DNA of 64,000 nucleotides from Cenococcum geophilum (lineage: Eukaryota): contig CP158636.1 of assembly GCA_050273025.1 (NCBI GenBank), forward strand, positions 9,734,001 to 9,798,000, given 5' to 3'. A model generated the notes under the pieces. It was not told where the DNA came from, ran no database searches, and saw only the letters and a list, made by a program, of their open reading frames with translations. A program made the position numbers and the translations under genes. Below, in pieces: positions 23,053 through 37,200 of this stretch; the first letter of the stretch is position 1, and the number at the start of each line of letters is the position of its first letter.

Positions 23053-26000
23053 TTTTAGCATTTTCTAGCATTTAGCAGCCAATTGCGGTATTTATAACTA
23101 AATATTAGCATTTAGCTGCTAAATACAGCATTTATAATTAAGTCTTAGCATTTAGCTACTAAGTGCTAACTATAAGATTACTAAGCATATATAAAGGTAT
23201 AAATTATATAAATTATATATTTTATATATACTTTATTAATAAATATTAAAATTACTACCCCTATAAAAAATCTTGCTAAGGCTTTGTATTATAAAAAAAT
23301 TTACTAGCATCTTAAGTTAGGTTTATACTAATTTAAACAATTTTAGCATTTAGCCGTATTTAGTTACATTTTGCGGCTATATACTACACCGCCAATAATA
23401 ATGCTATAATCTGCGGCTAAACACTACCTTAATATTAATAGTGCTGTAAGCTATAGCTTATTATAGTATAAGCTAACTATTAAGGTACGAGGTAAAAGTA
23501 TATAATTAATATCGCGTAAAGATCTATATAGGAGGTAAGGTAGTATATATACGCTTATAAGCCAAATTATAATAATGCGTGTTAGTCCCATAATATAGCT
23601 TAATACTCTCTTAAAAATAATAATACTAAAAATATTTTAGATAACTAAGTTTACTATATATACTCCGCTACTATTACAGCGCTAGTGGAAACTAATGGAT
23701 ATTAGTAGAAACTAGTGGATTATAGCTAATAGATATTAGTAGATTATAGCGGATAGTCGCAGACAGTTTTATATAGTTTTAGACAATTGCCATTACGTAA
23801 TTAAAGGATTATATATAACATTAAGCGGTACTACCCTTTATCTCCTTTCCTTTCTCTAGCTTTAGATCCTCGTTTATAAACAATCTAATTATATAGGCTT
23901 ACGCGACCCTTTTGCTATGCTTGTGCCTTAATTAACTAAGTCGCTAATATTATTTAAAGCTTATCTACTCTTCTTTCTAAAAAGGAGCTGTAAGGGCGCG
24001 GAGAGACTTTGGGGAAGATTTGAAGGAACGATATAAATTCTATCTAAATCTAAGGGTATATAGCTCTCGCTAAGAACAAGACGTTACGTAAAGAAGAGAA
24101 AGGAATAACAAGAGAATTATATAATTAAACAGTTAGGGGCTTGGTGGTCGATGCGTGCGCATATATACACGCGGTTATCGACGGACTTTAGTAATTCGAT
24201 TAATCTGGCAGATTTTGGTTAAAGCGTCGGAATTTATCTGTTAAGTGTTTTACTAAGACATTCCTACTATAACTGGGCTAGTCCCGTTATAGTACCCCCT
24301 TTTAGCCGAAGGTCCAAAGAATTTAATTTTAGTTAAGACTTATAACTTATTACGTGTTATATTTTCGCGTTAGGTAGCGGTATAGGGTTTTGCCAATTCT
24401 ATCGTTAAATAGACCAATTAGGATTTTCTATCCCCGGGATAGAAAATCACTATTGGCTCGGTTAAGGCAGTAAGCAAAACTAACATTTTTATAGTAGGTC
24501 TTGGCAAGGTGGATCTAACTAATTAGACAACTTCGACCGTTAGTTAAAGTTCCTTAATATCTTGCGTATTACGTAATTATATTATAAACGTTATAACGTA
24601 TTTTAAGTCTTTTTTAATTTTAAGCTTCCTGCTATTATATTTTATATATTTATATTAGGTGGCAATCGTTTACTTTTATATTATATCTATCTAGCCGGAG
24701 TAGGCCGTAAAAGATGGTCCTTATAGAATTCTTTTACTAAGGAAGGCGTATTGGTCTTAATCTGGTTATAGGTTTCCTAAGTTTATATTTTATATCCTTC
24801 CTATTTAATAAAAAGTTTAAATTATTTAGATTATATCTTCTATTATATATTATTAATCGAGTTAATAAAGTAAAAACCGTTGCCGTTGTTAACAATTATA
24901 GGAGGTGGCGGTGGTACTTCGTAAGTTATAGGTTTACCCTTTAAGGGTTGCAGCAAGTTTACGTAAAACGTTAGATATATTTTTATCTTAGTTAATAGTT
25001 TAAGTTTATAAGCGTACGGGCTTAGTTTTTTCTTAACTTAGTATAGGCCCGCAAACTTCTAGTCTAGCTTCTTTAAAGGTCGTTAAGTCTTTAAGTTTTA
25101 TATATTTAGGTAAACTATATTACCTTCCTTAAAGTCCCACGCGGGAGCTTGTCCTTTGTTTATATACTATTCCTATACTATTTAAGCGTACGCTAATTTA
25201 CTTTATAATAGTTTTATTAACTGCTTTATTTAATTAGCGAAGTTATACGCGTTAATTAGTTAAATTCTCTTAATTATAGGTCCTGTTGTATTAATTTTGG
25301 GTTATAGTTTAAATCTAAGTTAAGGGTCTTATTCGTAAGTTACGTAAAACGGCGTTACGCCTATTAATTCATTTCTTGTATTATTCGCAGTAAACTCAGC
25401 TAATAGTAGCTATTTTTCCCAGTCATCTTATAGGTAGAAGCAGTATATTTATAGGTATTGTTCCATAATCGCGTTCGCAATTTTAGTTTAACTATTTATC
25501 TCCAGATAAAATGTAGTTAAGAGTCGTGTTTGTATACTTGATCGTTTATATAGGGCTTGCTAAAAGTCTAAAACAAACTAGCTTCCGTAATCGGATATTA
25601 TTAAATTAGAAAGTCCGTGTAGCTTAAAAACGTGCTTAATAAAACATTCGGCTACTAATATTGCATTAATTGAGTCTATAGGAATCATATATCGCATTTT
25701 CGTAAGACGGTTAATAACTACTATAACATTTATAAACCCATTATTGTTAGGTAGGTTAACCACAAAGTTAATTAAGATATCTCGCCATCTTTATATTAGA
25801 ATTGGCAATAGTTAAAGTACTCCTTACTTCTTTATATAAGAGGTCTTTCCACGTACGCACATTCTACATACTTAAACGTATTTTTATATATAGTCGTGCA
25901 TTATAGGCCAGTAGTATGCTCATTAGATAATCTTATGGGTCTTTATATAGCTAGAATACCCTACTACTAGGGAATTGTATATAGGTTTGGGTATCTTAGA

Positions 26001-26714
26001 TCGTAAGGGTTCGGGGTTTAAGACTGCTATCTTCTGTTAATAGTACAACCGGTTGTTACGGATTTCGCATTTAGCGGGTGTAATATCCTTATATTGCCGT
26101 TTCCCTGTTTAGGTTGCTTTTATTATATTTGCTATCTAGGGGTTATTCTTATATTTATGCTCTATTAATTTATTGATTTTTATATCCTACTTATTAATTT
26201 CTAATTTATTTCTATTAAGCTCCGCGTTTAAGAATATAGGGCGTAGTTTCTTAAAGCGTTTAGGGGGCAGTAGAATTTGTAATTAATTTATAATCCGTTC
26301 GTTAAAGGCGTTTATAGGTAAGTCCTATAATTATTATGTTAATAAGTTAGACTTTTAATTAAGTTTGCTAGGTTAATACGTAATCTTAAAGTCGAATTAT
26401 AAAAGGTATTTAGCCTAACGAATTTAGCGTTACATTAATTACTTTATAGTTATAAAGTACTATAGGTTTATATAGTCCGTTAATACACGTATTAAAAATA
26501 ACAATCCTTTAAGTTCTGGGTGCTATTATTTAAAGCATCTAATAATTGCAAGCAGTTCCTTATTATATATCTTATAGTTTAATTTAGTAGAGGTAAGTTT
26601 CCGGGAGAGAAAAGCTACTAGGCGCAGCTCGCCGTTCTTATTATACTGCGATAATACTCCTCCTAGTGTATAGTTAGATAAGTCTAATTTAATAATGCAT
26701 TTAAGGTCTAGATT

Positions 26715-28359
26715 GCCTCCCTTTCGACCTCCGTCCGTCGCCTCCCTTTGCTCCTCCGCCGTCGTCGCAGGGGCGCCGCTGGTTATATACCCCCTAAGGA
26801 CGCGTCATCACAACGCTAGCCACCACCACCAGTCTACCACAGAGCGGACGACCTCCTCAACCCGTCTGCCACAGAGCGGACGACCTCCTCAACCCGTCTG
26901 CCACAGAGCGGACGACCTCCTCAACCCGTCTACCACAGAGCGGACGACCTCCTCAACCCGTCTGCCACAGAGCGGACAACCTCCTCAACCCGTCTGCCAC
27001 AGAGCGGACGACCTCCTCAACCCGTCTACCACAGAGCGGACGACCTCCTCAACCCGTCTACCACAGAGCGGACAACCTCCTCAACCCGTCTGCCACAGAG
27101 CGGACGACCTCCTCTACAACCCGTCTGCCACAGAGCGGACAACCTCCTCCTCAACCCGTCTACCATAGAGCAGACGACCAGCCACTACAACCAACGATTC
27201 CACTACAACCTGTCTGCTACAGAGCAGACGACCTCCTCCTTAACCCATCTACCATAGAGCAGACAACCAGCCACCACAACCAACAATTTCACTATAACCT
27301 ATCTACTGTAGAGCAGACAACCTCCTCTACAACCCGTCTGCTGCAGAGCAGACAACCTCTTCTACAATCCGTCTACTGCAGAGCAGACGACCTCCTCCAT
27401 AACCTGTCTACTGCAGAGCAGACAACCTCTTCTATAACCCATCTACTATAGAGTAGACAACCTCTTCCATAACCCGTCTACTGCAGAGTAGACGACCTCT
27501 TCTCTATAACCCGTCTGCTGTAGAGTAGACAACCTCTCCTATAACCTATCTACTACAGAGCAGACAACCTCCTATATCCAGTCTATAGCCATTATACTAT
27601 AGACAACCTCTACTATAACCAGTCTACGGCTATCGCGCTATAGGCAATCAAACTATAGAGGACTAAAGGCGTACCGTAGGTATACCATAGGCGCATTATA
27701 GACAATACACTGCTAGGGTAGCTATAGTAGGGAATAGGGGAAGAGGGCTAGCCTATATTACTATTAGCACATAAAATATAAGGTGTATAGGGGAATTGGT
27801 ATTTATACCCTATACAGACAACCTTATAAAAAAATTTCCTACTAGGGTGGGTTTATATAGCAAGGTTCGCCCTTCTAAAATACTATTAGTAGCCTACTTT
27901 TAGGGAGAGTAGCTATTAATTACTAATTCCCTACCTATTCTTAAGCAAGGAGAAGAATAAGTTATATTACCAAAAAAAGTTATATAGGAATAACTGGTCG
28001 TTGTCTCTAAGCTAGCAAACTATATAGAGCCCTTTGTTTTTATATGCAAATGTTATTAAATCTATCTTTTAGAGCGCTTTTTCTACTCTAGGAACGGTAG
28101 AATATAGTAGAAATAGATAAAAGAGCTAGGATTTCTTTATTTCCTTAATGCAAACTAAATATTAAAGAGCAAAATACCAGGATAAAACTCCCCTAGCATT
28201 TAAAACGGACTAGAGTATCTACTTAGTTACTAGTATATATTAAGCTGCCTAGGAAGGATTTATGTATATAGAACTATAGCGCTATAGCCTAGAGGCTGCA
28301 TACGCAGTATTGTACGTAGTATAATACAATTAGATATAAAAAAAAAAAAAAAAAAAAAA
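26715..28359 (+). mobile_element. Non-autonomous poly(A) retroposon carrying the LINE 3' tail
   Basis: 12-bp TSD aaggtctagatt (26703-26714, 28360-28371) and a poly(A) tail. 28224-28359 matches the LINE end at about 54313-54444. No RT or endonuclease is recognisable. Confidence 0.85.
26830..27640. repeat. 32-36 bp minisatellite, consensus about cctcctcaacccgtctgccacagagcggacga
   Basis: Directly visible array, increasingly diverged toward the 3' end. Confidence 0.9.
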
Positions 28360-31300
28360 AAGGTCTAGATTAAAGTAGGCGAGGATTAAAGTAGTTATAA
28401 AACGATATTTTAGGTTATTAAAAGCTTGTTCGCATTTAGTAGTCTATTTAAATCTTATATTTTTCCTTATTAAGTTTACTAATAGCTAAATAATTTTTAA
28501 AAAGTGATCAATAAATCAATAGTAGAAATTTGTAAATTCTAGAAATCCTTAGATGTCTTATATACTACTAGGACTTTCCTAGTTTATAATTACAGCAATT
28601 TTCTTAGGGTCTATTTTAATTCCGTCACGGGATATAATTAGGCCTAAGTACGTAACTTCGGACGTATAGAACTTGTATTTCTTAATATCGCATTATAAGC
28701 CCGCGTCTCGCAGGCGTTTAAGGACCATTTAAACGTACTTATAATACTTAAAAAGCGAAGACGAATAGATTAAAATATTATTAATATACGCGGTAACAAA
28801 TATATTAAGGAATTCGCGAAGCGTATTGTTAACGTATTACTAAAACGTACTAGGACCGTTCTTTACGCCAAACGGCATTACTAGGTATTTAAAAAGTCCC
28901 CATTGTATATAGAAAGTTATATACTTCTTATCTCCTTCGCGAACACGGATTTAATTAAAGGTAGCGACTATATTAAGCTTTATAAAGTATCGTGCTTTCG
29001 CTAAACGGTTAAGCGTTTCTTAAAGTAGAGGAATCGGATATTGGTTTTAAATTATAATCGTATTTAGGGCTTAATAATCGACATAGAATCTTAAGCCTCT
29101 TTTAGGTTTCTTAACGAATAGTATAGGTAAGGCGAATAGTAATTAACTAGGGCGAATAAATCCTTTCTTTAGGTGCTCTTTAAGGTATTATTGTATTATA
29201 AGTAGCTCTTCTCGCGATATACCGTATAACGGGCTAAACTTTAGCGTTATACTAGGTTTAAGTTCTATCTTAAAATTGTACTTATCTTAATATAGGGGTA
29301 GTTAGTCTGCAAATTGTTTCTTAAATATATTAATTAGATCGTAATATTCTTTAGGTATAAGAGGTCGGGGGTTAATATATTGCTTCGGTTCTAACGCCTT
29401 CTTAATATCTTCTAGTATTATAGTAAAGATCTTATAGTTTTGTTTTCTTGCTAACAAATAAAAGGGTGCGGCTTATATTATATGAATTTTAAGAGGTTTT
29501 AATATATTATCTTCGCATTCTTTCCCATAATTAGCAGTTATAACTTTATTATATTAGTTTAAGGTTTATAGTAAGGGTAATTTATATTATATTAAATTTA
29601 AATAGTTATATACATGTTCGTAGGGCAAGTGGTATTTTAAGTAATAACTTCGGCAGTAGGTTATACGGAATTTTAGTGTTTCTTTAACCCAGCTAATTAA
29701 AGGGTTGTGTCGTTTTAGCTATCCATATCTAAGTATTACCTTATAATGTTTTAAGGGTGTTATAAATAGGGAAATATATTTAAGGTGTTTGCCTATTCGC
29801 ATCTTTATAAGAGCGTAGTATATTAGTTACCGTATATTAAAGGCTTACCATTAAAGCCTTATAGGCCTTAGGGCTTATTAAGTTTCTTTAATTTTAAGCG
29901 TTAAGTTTTCGCGTAGTTTGTATTAATAAAGCCTATACTAATAGCTCCGCTGTCTATAAGGATTTATACTTTCTTCCATTTTCTAAGTATTTAAATTTCG
30001 CTAAGTATATTAAGGGAGTTATATTATATATTAGCGCTAAAAGAGCCTAGACACTTATACTCTTCCACTTCTTATCCTAAAGCGCGACTTAGCCTTAAGA
30101 TAATTCATTTTCCGAATTAACTAAAGATAAGACGCTTTATAACAACTAAGTATAATTTATAAAATAAGTACGAATTATAGAATAAGCGCGACTTAAGGAC
30201 CGAGAGGAGCTACGGCGGACTTTTTTAAAAGGGTAAGTTTGGCAATCCCTTTAAATATATCCCTTTTTTCTATATCCAAAACATTCTCTATTTGCAGCTT
30301 ATATTCTTTGTTTATTAGTTCCTAAGAATATATAGGATTGGGTAGCATTAAGGTCTATAGGGTTATATATAGGGCTTTTAGATCTTGGAAATGGATCGCG
30401 CTTTAGGGTATAAATTAGTTTTATAGAGTTTTAAACGTAAGGTGTAGTTAGCTTCAGGGAATAAGTCTATTTATTATATTAAAGGTCCTTATTAATTCGT
30501 TAACATATTATAGTAAATTTAGGTAAGTCCTTTAGCAGTTCTCTACCTACTAACTATACTCTAATTTTATCCAAAATAGCTTAACGGAGGGCAGTAACTC
30601 TAGCGGCTTTATTCCAATCTAGTTTACTAAGAAGGCCTAAAAATTCTAAAAAGAAGCTGGTAAAGTCTCGGTTCCGTTATTGTAGGTTTTTAAGTTTAGT
30701 AATAGCTGTGTATTCGCGGCTAGCATTATTATACATTTATTCTAGTAGAGAGATAAAAATTTTAAAATTAATAAAGGTGCCATTATAGAAGAATGGGTCT
30801 ATAGTTTATATAGCGTCTTTACTTAAACAAGACATTCCATAGCTAATCTTGCTAACTTTAGTAGGGTATTGGTTATAGTTTATTAAAAGTTTAAGATAGA
30901 GCTTAGTTATAAAGGGACGTAGGTTATTTTAATTTCTATTAAATATTAGAGGGTTAAGGAGCTTTTTAGATTTTGTAGTAAGTACTAGGTTTATTATAGG
31001 TATGGGTTAAGCTACTATTACTAGTTTAGGGTTTATATTTAATGGGTCAGGTTCGCATATAGTTATTTTAATTTTGTTTATAGGTATTACTATTAGGGTC
31101 TCTAACGCGAGTACTTTGGCGTCGTAGAGTTCTTTATATATTACTTTAATTAATTACTAATACTAAGCTTCTAGTATAGTTCGTTGCTAGGCCAAGGCAT
31201 CTATAAAGGACTATTACATTATAGTTATTTGTTCCCTAACTAGGGCCATAATAGTTATTATAGTGGATTTAAGTTTATTTGCTATTTTAAGGGTATTAGT

Positions 31301-31632
31301 ATTAACGCAATATAGTATAAGGGCGCGGAGAGACTTTAGGGAAGATTTAAAGGAATAATATAAATTCTATCTAAATCTAAGGGTATATAGCTCTTGCTAA
31401 GAACAAGACGTTACGTAAAGAAGAGAAAGGAATAACAAGAGAATCATATAATTAAATAGTCAGGGGCTTGGTGGTCAATGCGTGCGTATATACGCACGCG
31501 GTCATCAACGGACTTCGGTAATTCGATTAATCTGGCAGATTTTGGTCAAAGCGTCGGAATTCATCTATCGAGTGTTTCACCAAGACATTCCTACTGTAAC
31601 TAGGCTAGTCCCATTACGGGAACTTAAAAATA

Positions 31633-32263
31633 GGTCAACAATAATTATACACCCCCTAAATAATACGCGTACACCCCCCAATTAATATACATACACCCCC
31701 TACCTAAACAGCTTAGATCCTTCCACTTCAAGTTAGAATATCACGTGTGTTTGACATGTTTACACCTAAATTACAAAAATTAAAGTGTTAAATACAACAC
31801 CTGTAATACATTTAAGATCTAAGTTAACTGGTAGGGTAGACTACGGAGTACTTTACGAAGCGCTATAAGAACTAGATAGGTGCTGCTGCTTCTACTTAAC
31901 GTCTGTAGATTGCCCCTACGGCACGCCCGCGACTGCGTCCGGCCCGCGCCCGGGTAGTGCAGCCAGTGTTTCGCCCGAATGCCGAGAGCTCCCGCTGAGT
32001 AGGGTTATTAATACGATTTATAGAGCCACTTGGGCGACCGCGACGACGCTTTACAATTGCAGGCTCTTAAAGGGCAAATAAAAAGTATTAATTTAAGTGT
32101 GGGCGCGTAGTATTGTTTTCGCGATTTGAGTGTAAACAAGTCAAACACACGTGATATTCTAACTTGAAGTGGAAGGATTTAAACTTGTTTGGGTAGGGGG
32201 TGTATGCATATTAATTGGGGGGTATACGCATATCATTTAGGGGGTGTATAATTATTGTTGACC
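31633..32263. mobile_element. Mutator-like non-autonomous element with TIRs of about 140 bp
   Basis: ggtcaacaataattatacacccc... / ...ggggtgtataattattgttgacc. TSD taaaaata (8 bp, or 9 bp allowing one transition). Confidence 0.75.
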
Positions 32264-34276
32264 TAAAAATATTTATAGACTATAAATAAGAATAGAATAT
32301 AGAAGTAGACCTAAAGACTATTACTAAAACTTTAAGAATAGAACAGAACTAGAAAAATAAAAAATAATAATAAGATTTATAGAACACGTATAGAATCTTA
32401 CTAGAAGTTACCCTAATAAATATACTACTATACTAAGAAATACAGCAGCCGGCAAAGTAGCTATAGGACTCTTAAATACCTCTAATAGTAAAATAGTAAC
32501 TAACTTAAACTCCTAGGTGGAGCTTATAGCAGCTAATACTAAAATTAAATAACTTTAAGAGCTGCTTAAAGCTAGAGAACCCCCTATATCTAATAAAAAG
32601 TTATTAAATACCTAAAGACTTGCTATAGTCCTTAAGGCTCTAGCCCAGCGTATAGTATTAGTATTATTACGGTCTGTAAAGGTTATAAACCCTATATTAC
32701 TTACTAACGGAACCAATCCTATATTTAATAATTAGAAGCTTTAACTATAAAATAAGCTTAAAGTTAATGCGGACTACTTCCCTACCACTAAAGCTAAAAT
32801 GGCCTACGTCTTCGGCTGTACTGGCGAAGATATATAGATGCACCTACGTCCGCAATACGTATAGAACTTAGTAAATCCCTTCCTCTCTAAAGAAGAGATA
32901 ATTAACTACCTATCTTATATTTATAAGGACCCCTTTAAGGTATAAAACGCCTGCCTTAATTATAAAAGCCTAAATATAAAAACAATAAAGACCTTTTTAG
33001 CCTTTTATACCCACTTTTTATACCTAACTGGCTAAGCTTAAATTCCTTAGAAAGATTTAATGCTAGACTTATTTAATAAGCTTACCCTAAACTTACAGCG
33101 AGCTATATTGCTAGTTTTTACTACTATATAGACGCTAAAGAAACTTATAGACTAGTGCTTAACTATTAACTAAGGCCTCTATTAAATTAAGGCACGAGCT
33201 AAATAATATAAAGCCTAAAACTCTCTAAACCAGACCACTATAAGAACGGCCCGTAGTTCCCTAGCACGGTTAGTAACTCCTATAGCACCAGCTATACAGC
33301 CCGCCGTTAATTTAGCAGCTAGCTATATGGCCAGTCCTACTACGGGTTTAGTATATACTCGGCCTATATATAGCAACCCCTAAAGACAGGCCCTTAGCGA
33401 TTAAAGAGCTTATTTTTTATATAGTTAAAAAGGCTACCATATAAAGGACTGCCTAATAAATAAAAAAACGGATAAGGTCTTATTAATTTAGAAAGATAGC
33501 GTGGAGTTAAAAAAAAAAGGAACCTTAAAGGAAGACTCCTCTCTAGGGTTAAAAGGGATTAATATATTACATATTAATCTGAGTTGGCTAATTAGTAAAA
33601 GAAGCTACACTATCCCTTATACTTTATTTTGTAATAAATATTAAGTTTTAACCTCTGCTTTAGCTAACTCTAGAGTAAATAACTTTACTTTAATAGATAC
33701 TTAATATACTATAAAGCTAGCTAACCTTTTAAATGCACCTATTAAAGAACTACCTAAACTAATTCCTATTTGTGGGTATAATGGACGGATAGGGCTACCT
33801 ATTATAACTATCTTGCAAATTTACCTCCGCGTTAATAGACGAAGGTAGTATAATATCCCCTTCCTTATTACGGACCTAGGAAGCTATAATATAATCTTAA
33901 AAAGAAAATAGCTAGCCTATTTAGGCTTATAGCCCGATATTGTCACGGGATACCCCTATAATACCTTACATACGTCTACCTATTTCTACTAACTTAGCAA
34001 TTAAAGACTAACCGCAAAATGGCAATCTAACGGCAATCTACGGCATTCTGCTATATTCTGCTAAGTTCTACTAAATTCTGCTAAGTTCTGCTAGGACTAT
34101 AACCTAAACCCTATTCTACCCTATATATATATTAACTAAGCAACTAAGTTAACAATATATACCCTTTCTTCCCGTTTTCCTACCTTCTTTCCTTATATAA
34201 CGTCTTGATCTTATTATACAGTTTATATATATAGCTTAATAATATCTACTTTGCTATATATTATCGTCGCTTATAC

Positions 34277-37200
34277 TATAAGGGATATTATTGCGGACAC
34301 CTTGGGTTGCCCTTAGGACAACCCCCGGACGCCCCTTAGATGGTCGCCGGTCACGTGCCGGAGGCATATGCCCGTAGTATATAGTCTCCACGATCCTAGA
34401 GGCCTTACCTCCTTAAGGATTCGTCTCTCTTACTAATCTATCTTATTCCAATCGTGTCCTTATAGCCCCCTATCTATAAGATCCCCTTATATTTAAATTC
34501 TTCCTACTCTTTTTTAGAAGGGTAGTCGGCTTTAAGGACCAGATTATTTGTTTATATCATTTGTTTATAACTACTATCCTCCCTTAAAATCTTGCGACGA
34601 CCTAAATGGAAACTCCATGAATACCTTATAGAAAGCCGTCGCGTAAAGGCAGGAAGGTCCCTCTAATAGTGAGAGATTGTGATAATATAACCCTTTGGGT
34701 AAGACGGCTGAATAAGCCCTAATACCTAGATGCTCTAGGAGCTTAAAGACTCTCGCACACCTACGGTTACCGGCAACGCTAAGGAAAATATAGATACCCT
34801 CTATAACGGTCACAACACTGCTAGAAAGCAGCTAGAACCCCTCTAGCCCTACCTAGGCCAATTAGAAGATTAAGCGCCAGAGGCGACTCTAAGATCTTCC
34901 CCTAAGCTAGAAATGCTAGAGGAATACACTAATGTGTTTAACTAGGGAACTAACCGGAACCCTCCCGGAAGACCACCGGCCCACAATTAGTATAGTAGTA
35001 GTGTATAGACTGCTTACAAGCCAAGCGGGCCTACCCCTTTAGATAATTTAAGCTAATTACTAACTTAAGACCCGAGCCCCGTTAGGAAGCCTATACTAGC
35101 TACTAGTACTAACACTACCTCTATAGCAGGAGCCTCCCTAGGCCTAAGTTTAGAAGGTTAAGAGCCTTACACCGATCTCCTTTAAAATAGATATTGGGAA
35201 GCTATTATAAGGCTCTTAGAAGCTATATAGGAGGAAGCTACTAATAAACATATTAGAACCCTCTAAGGGTAAATCTAGATCTAGTAGGGTCTAATCTAAG
35301 CTAGATAAATTCTTTTATAACCTGGTTAAGGCTAAGGGCTTCTTAAGGGCTACCTAGTACCTACCTAAGGAGGTATAGAAGACTTAGAGAGGCACCTACA
35401 CAATAAATAAAAAAAGGATATAGACTGACTGGCTAAGGCCTCTAATAGTTTAGAACTTCGTTATAGACCTAACGCCTAACAGCTGGACAATTGGGTTCGC
35501 GAGGTAGATAACTTCTTTAAAATGCTAATAATACGAGATAATACCAAAGAGCGTACACGCTAGATTATTAGCAAGATTAAAGACTAATCACTAAACTAGA
35601 TCGCGCTTAATTAACTTAATAAAGAGCAAATTATAATATGGCTATAGCTATAGACCTTCCTAAAAGGTTAGACCTAAGATCTATATATTATATAATACAA
35701 CAATGTAGAACAATTCTGGAATGGTACGCAGCTAGACTATTAAGACTTCCGCTAGTTTATAAACTTTATAGAAACTCGTGCTTAATAGATAGATCTAAAG
35801 CCCTTTAAAAATAAGGACGGTAGCGTCTGTAAAAAGGAGAAGATCGGATTTATCTAGGCTAGGATTAAGCTAGCAATTTATAATAAAATAAAGCGCGTAG
35901 GAGCCCTACCGCGGATTACCATATATATGGATTTTGAACGAGCGGTTCTAAACGCTAAGAATACGGTAAGGAACTAGACCTCTTCTAGTAGGAAGTTAAG
36001 AGGTTACTAAAAGCGCGGGCACTTTAGTAGTAACGTAGGGTAGACCTAACCTTTAAAGAAGCCGTTCTTAAAGAGAACTTTAGAAGGGTTAAAGTTAGGA
36101 ACCTTAAATAATAGGAAAGACTCCTGGGGCCAACCTAATACCTATCTAGCACCTTTATGGGAACACTTTAAGAAGTTAAAAAAAAACTCTGAAGGCAGAT
36201 CCTATTAGAAAAATAAGTAGGGCGATAACCGTACTAACAATTTAAAAAAAGAAAAGCCCTAGTTGCGGACCTTTTTTAGCTGCAACTAGGGCAAGATACG
36301 GAAGGAGAGACTCTCCATATTAATGTTAAGCTGGAAATAACACTCCCTATAGGTAAGATATGATAGTTCTAAGTACTATATAACAGCGGCGCCGAAATTA
36401 ATCTTATATAATATAATTTGGTAAAAGAGTATAAACTTATCCTATTGTAAAGGTGGCGGAAACCTATTATAGGCTTCCTAGATAAGTATCGGATTAAACT
36501 ATATAGTGCCTATAAGCTTATAGTATTAGTAGCCGACATATATAACTGTACTAAGGTAGTTAGCCCGCAACCCTTTTAGGCGGCTAACTTTGTAGGTTAT
36601 AACCTTATCCTTAGATACCCTTAGCTAGCGGAAGCAGATCCTAAGATACGCTTTAAGACTGGAGCCTTTAAATAGTAGAACGATAAAGATTTAGAAGGGC
36701 GTATATTACTAATAAGCCTAAAGGACATCCTAGAGAATGTAGCCCTAGGCGAAATAGTATACGCTTTATACCTAAAGGAGTATTAGATCTAACCCCTGTT
36801 TAGTGGCAAAATGGGTATAAAGCCTAGTATAGGTAATAACCCCTTTATAATGGAGACCCTATAGGGAACTGCTGGATAGGTCGCGGAGACATTGCAGGGA
36901 GGCAGCGATCTTAAGGATCTTATGAGATACTTTAACCGCCACGGATTACTCTAGCTTAAGCAATATACGGAAAGCATACTATAGCACCTTAAATACTGCG
37001 TTAAGGAGTTCCCTACCCTCTATTAGCTACTATATGAAACGGTTTAATATATAGTGGCAACTATATATAAGCAACTACTATAGCGCACGACGCTACCCGC
37101 AAGCATCCTAAGGAAGCTCTGGGACCTACTTAATAATAATATAGAGGACGAACGCGACCCCAATTTATTAAATATTCTAGCAGGCCTAAGGAATTTACTA

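Larger units (their letters stand above)
23989..31618 (-). mobile_element. Gypsy family D, full length, RIP-inactivated
   Basis: 303-bp LTRs at 23989-24291 and 31316-31618, TSD ggagc/ggaac. Minus-strand gag, RT (AYI(DD)ILI at about 28780), integrase (ORF 25578-25763) and chromodomain at about 24720-24870. Confidence 0.95.

Noticed and set aside
26695..27168. 157-aa ORF
   Set aside because: It begins in host element D, crosses the TSD and reads through a non-triplet 32-bp array.
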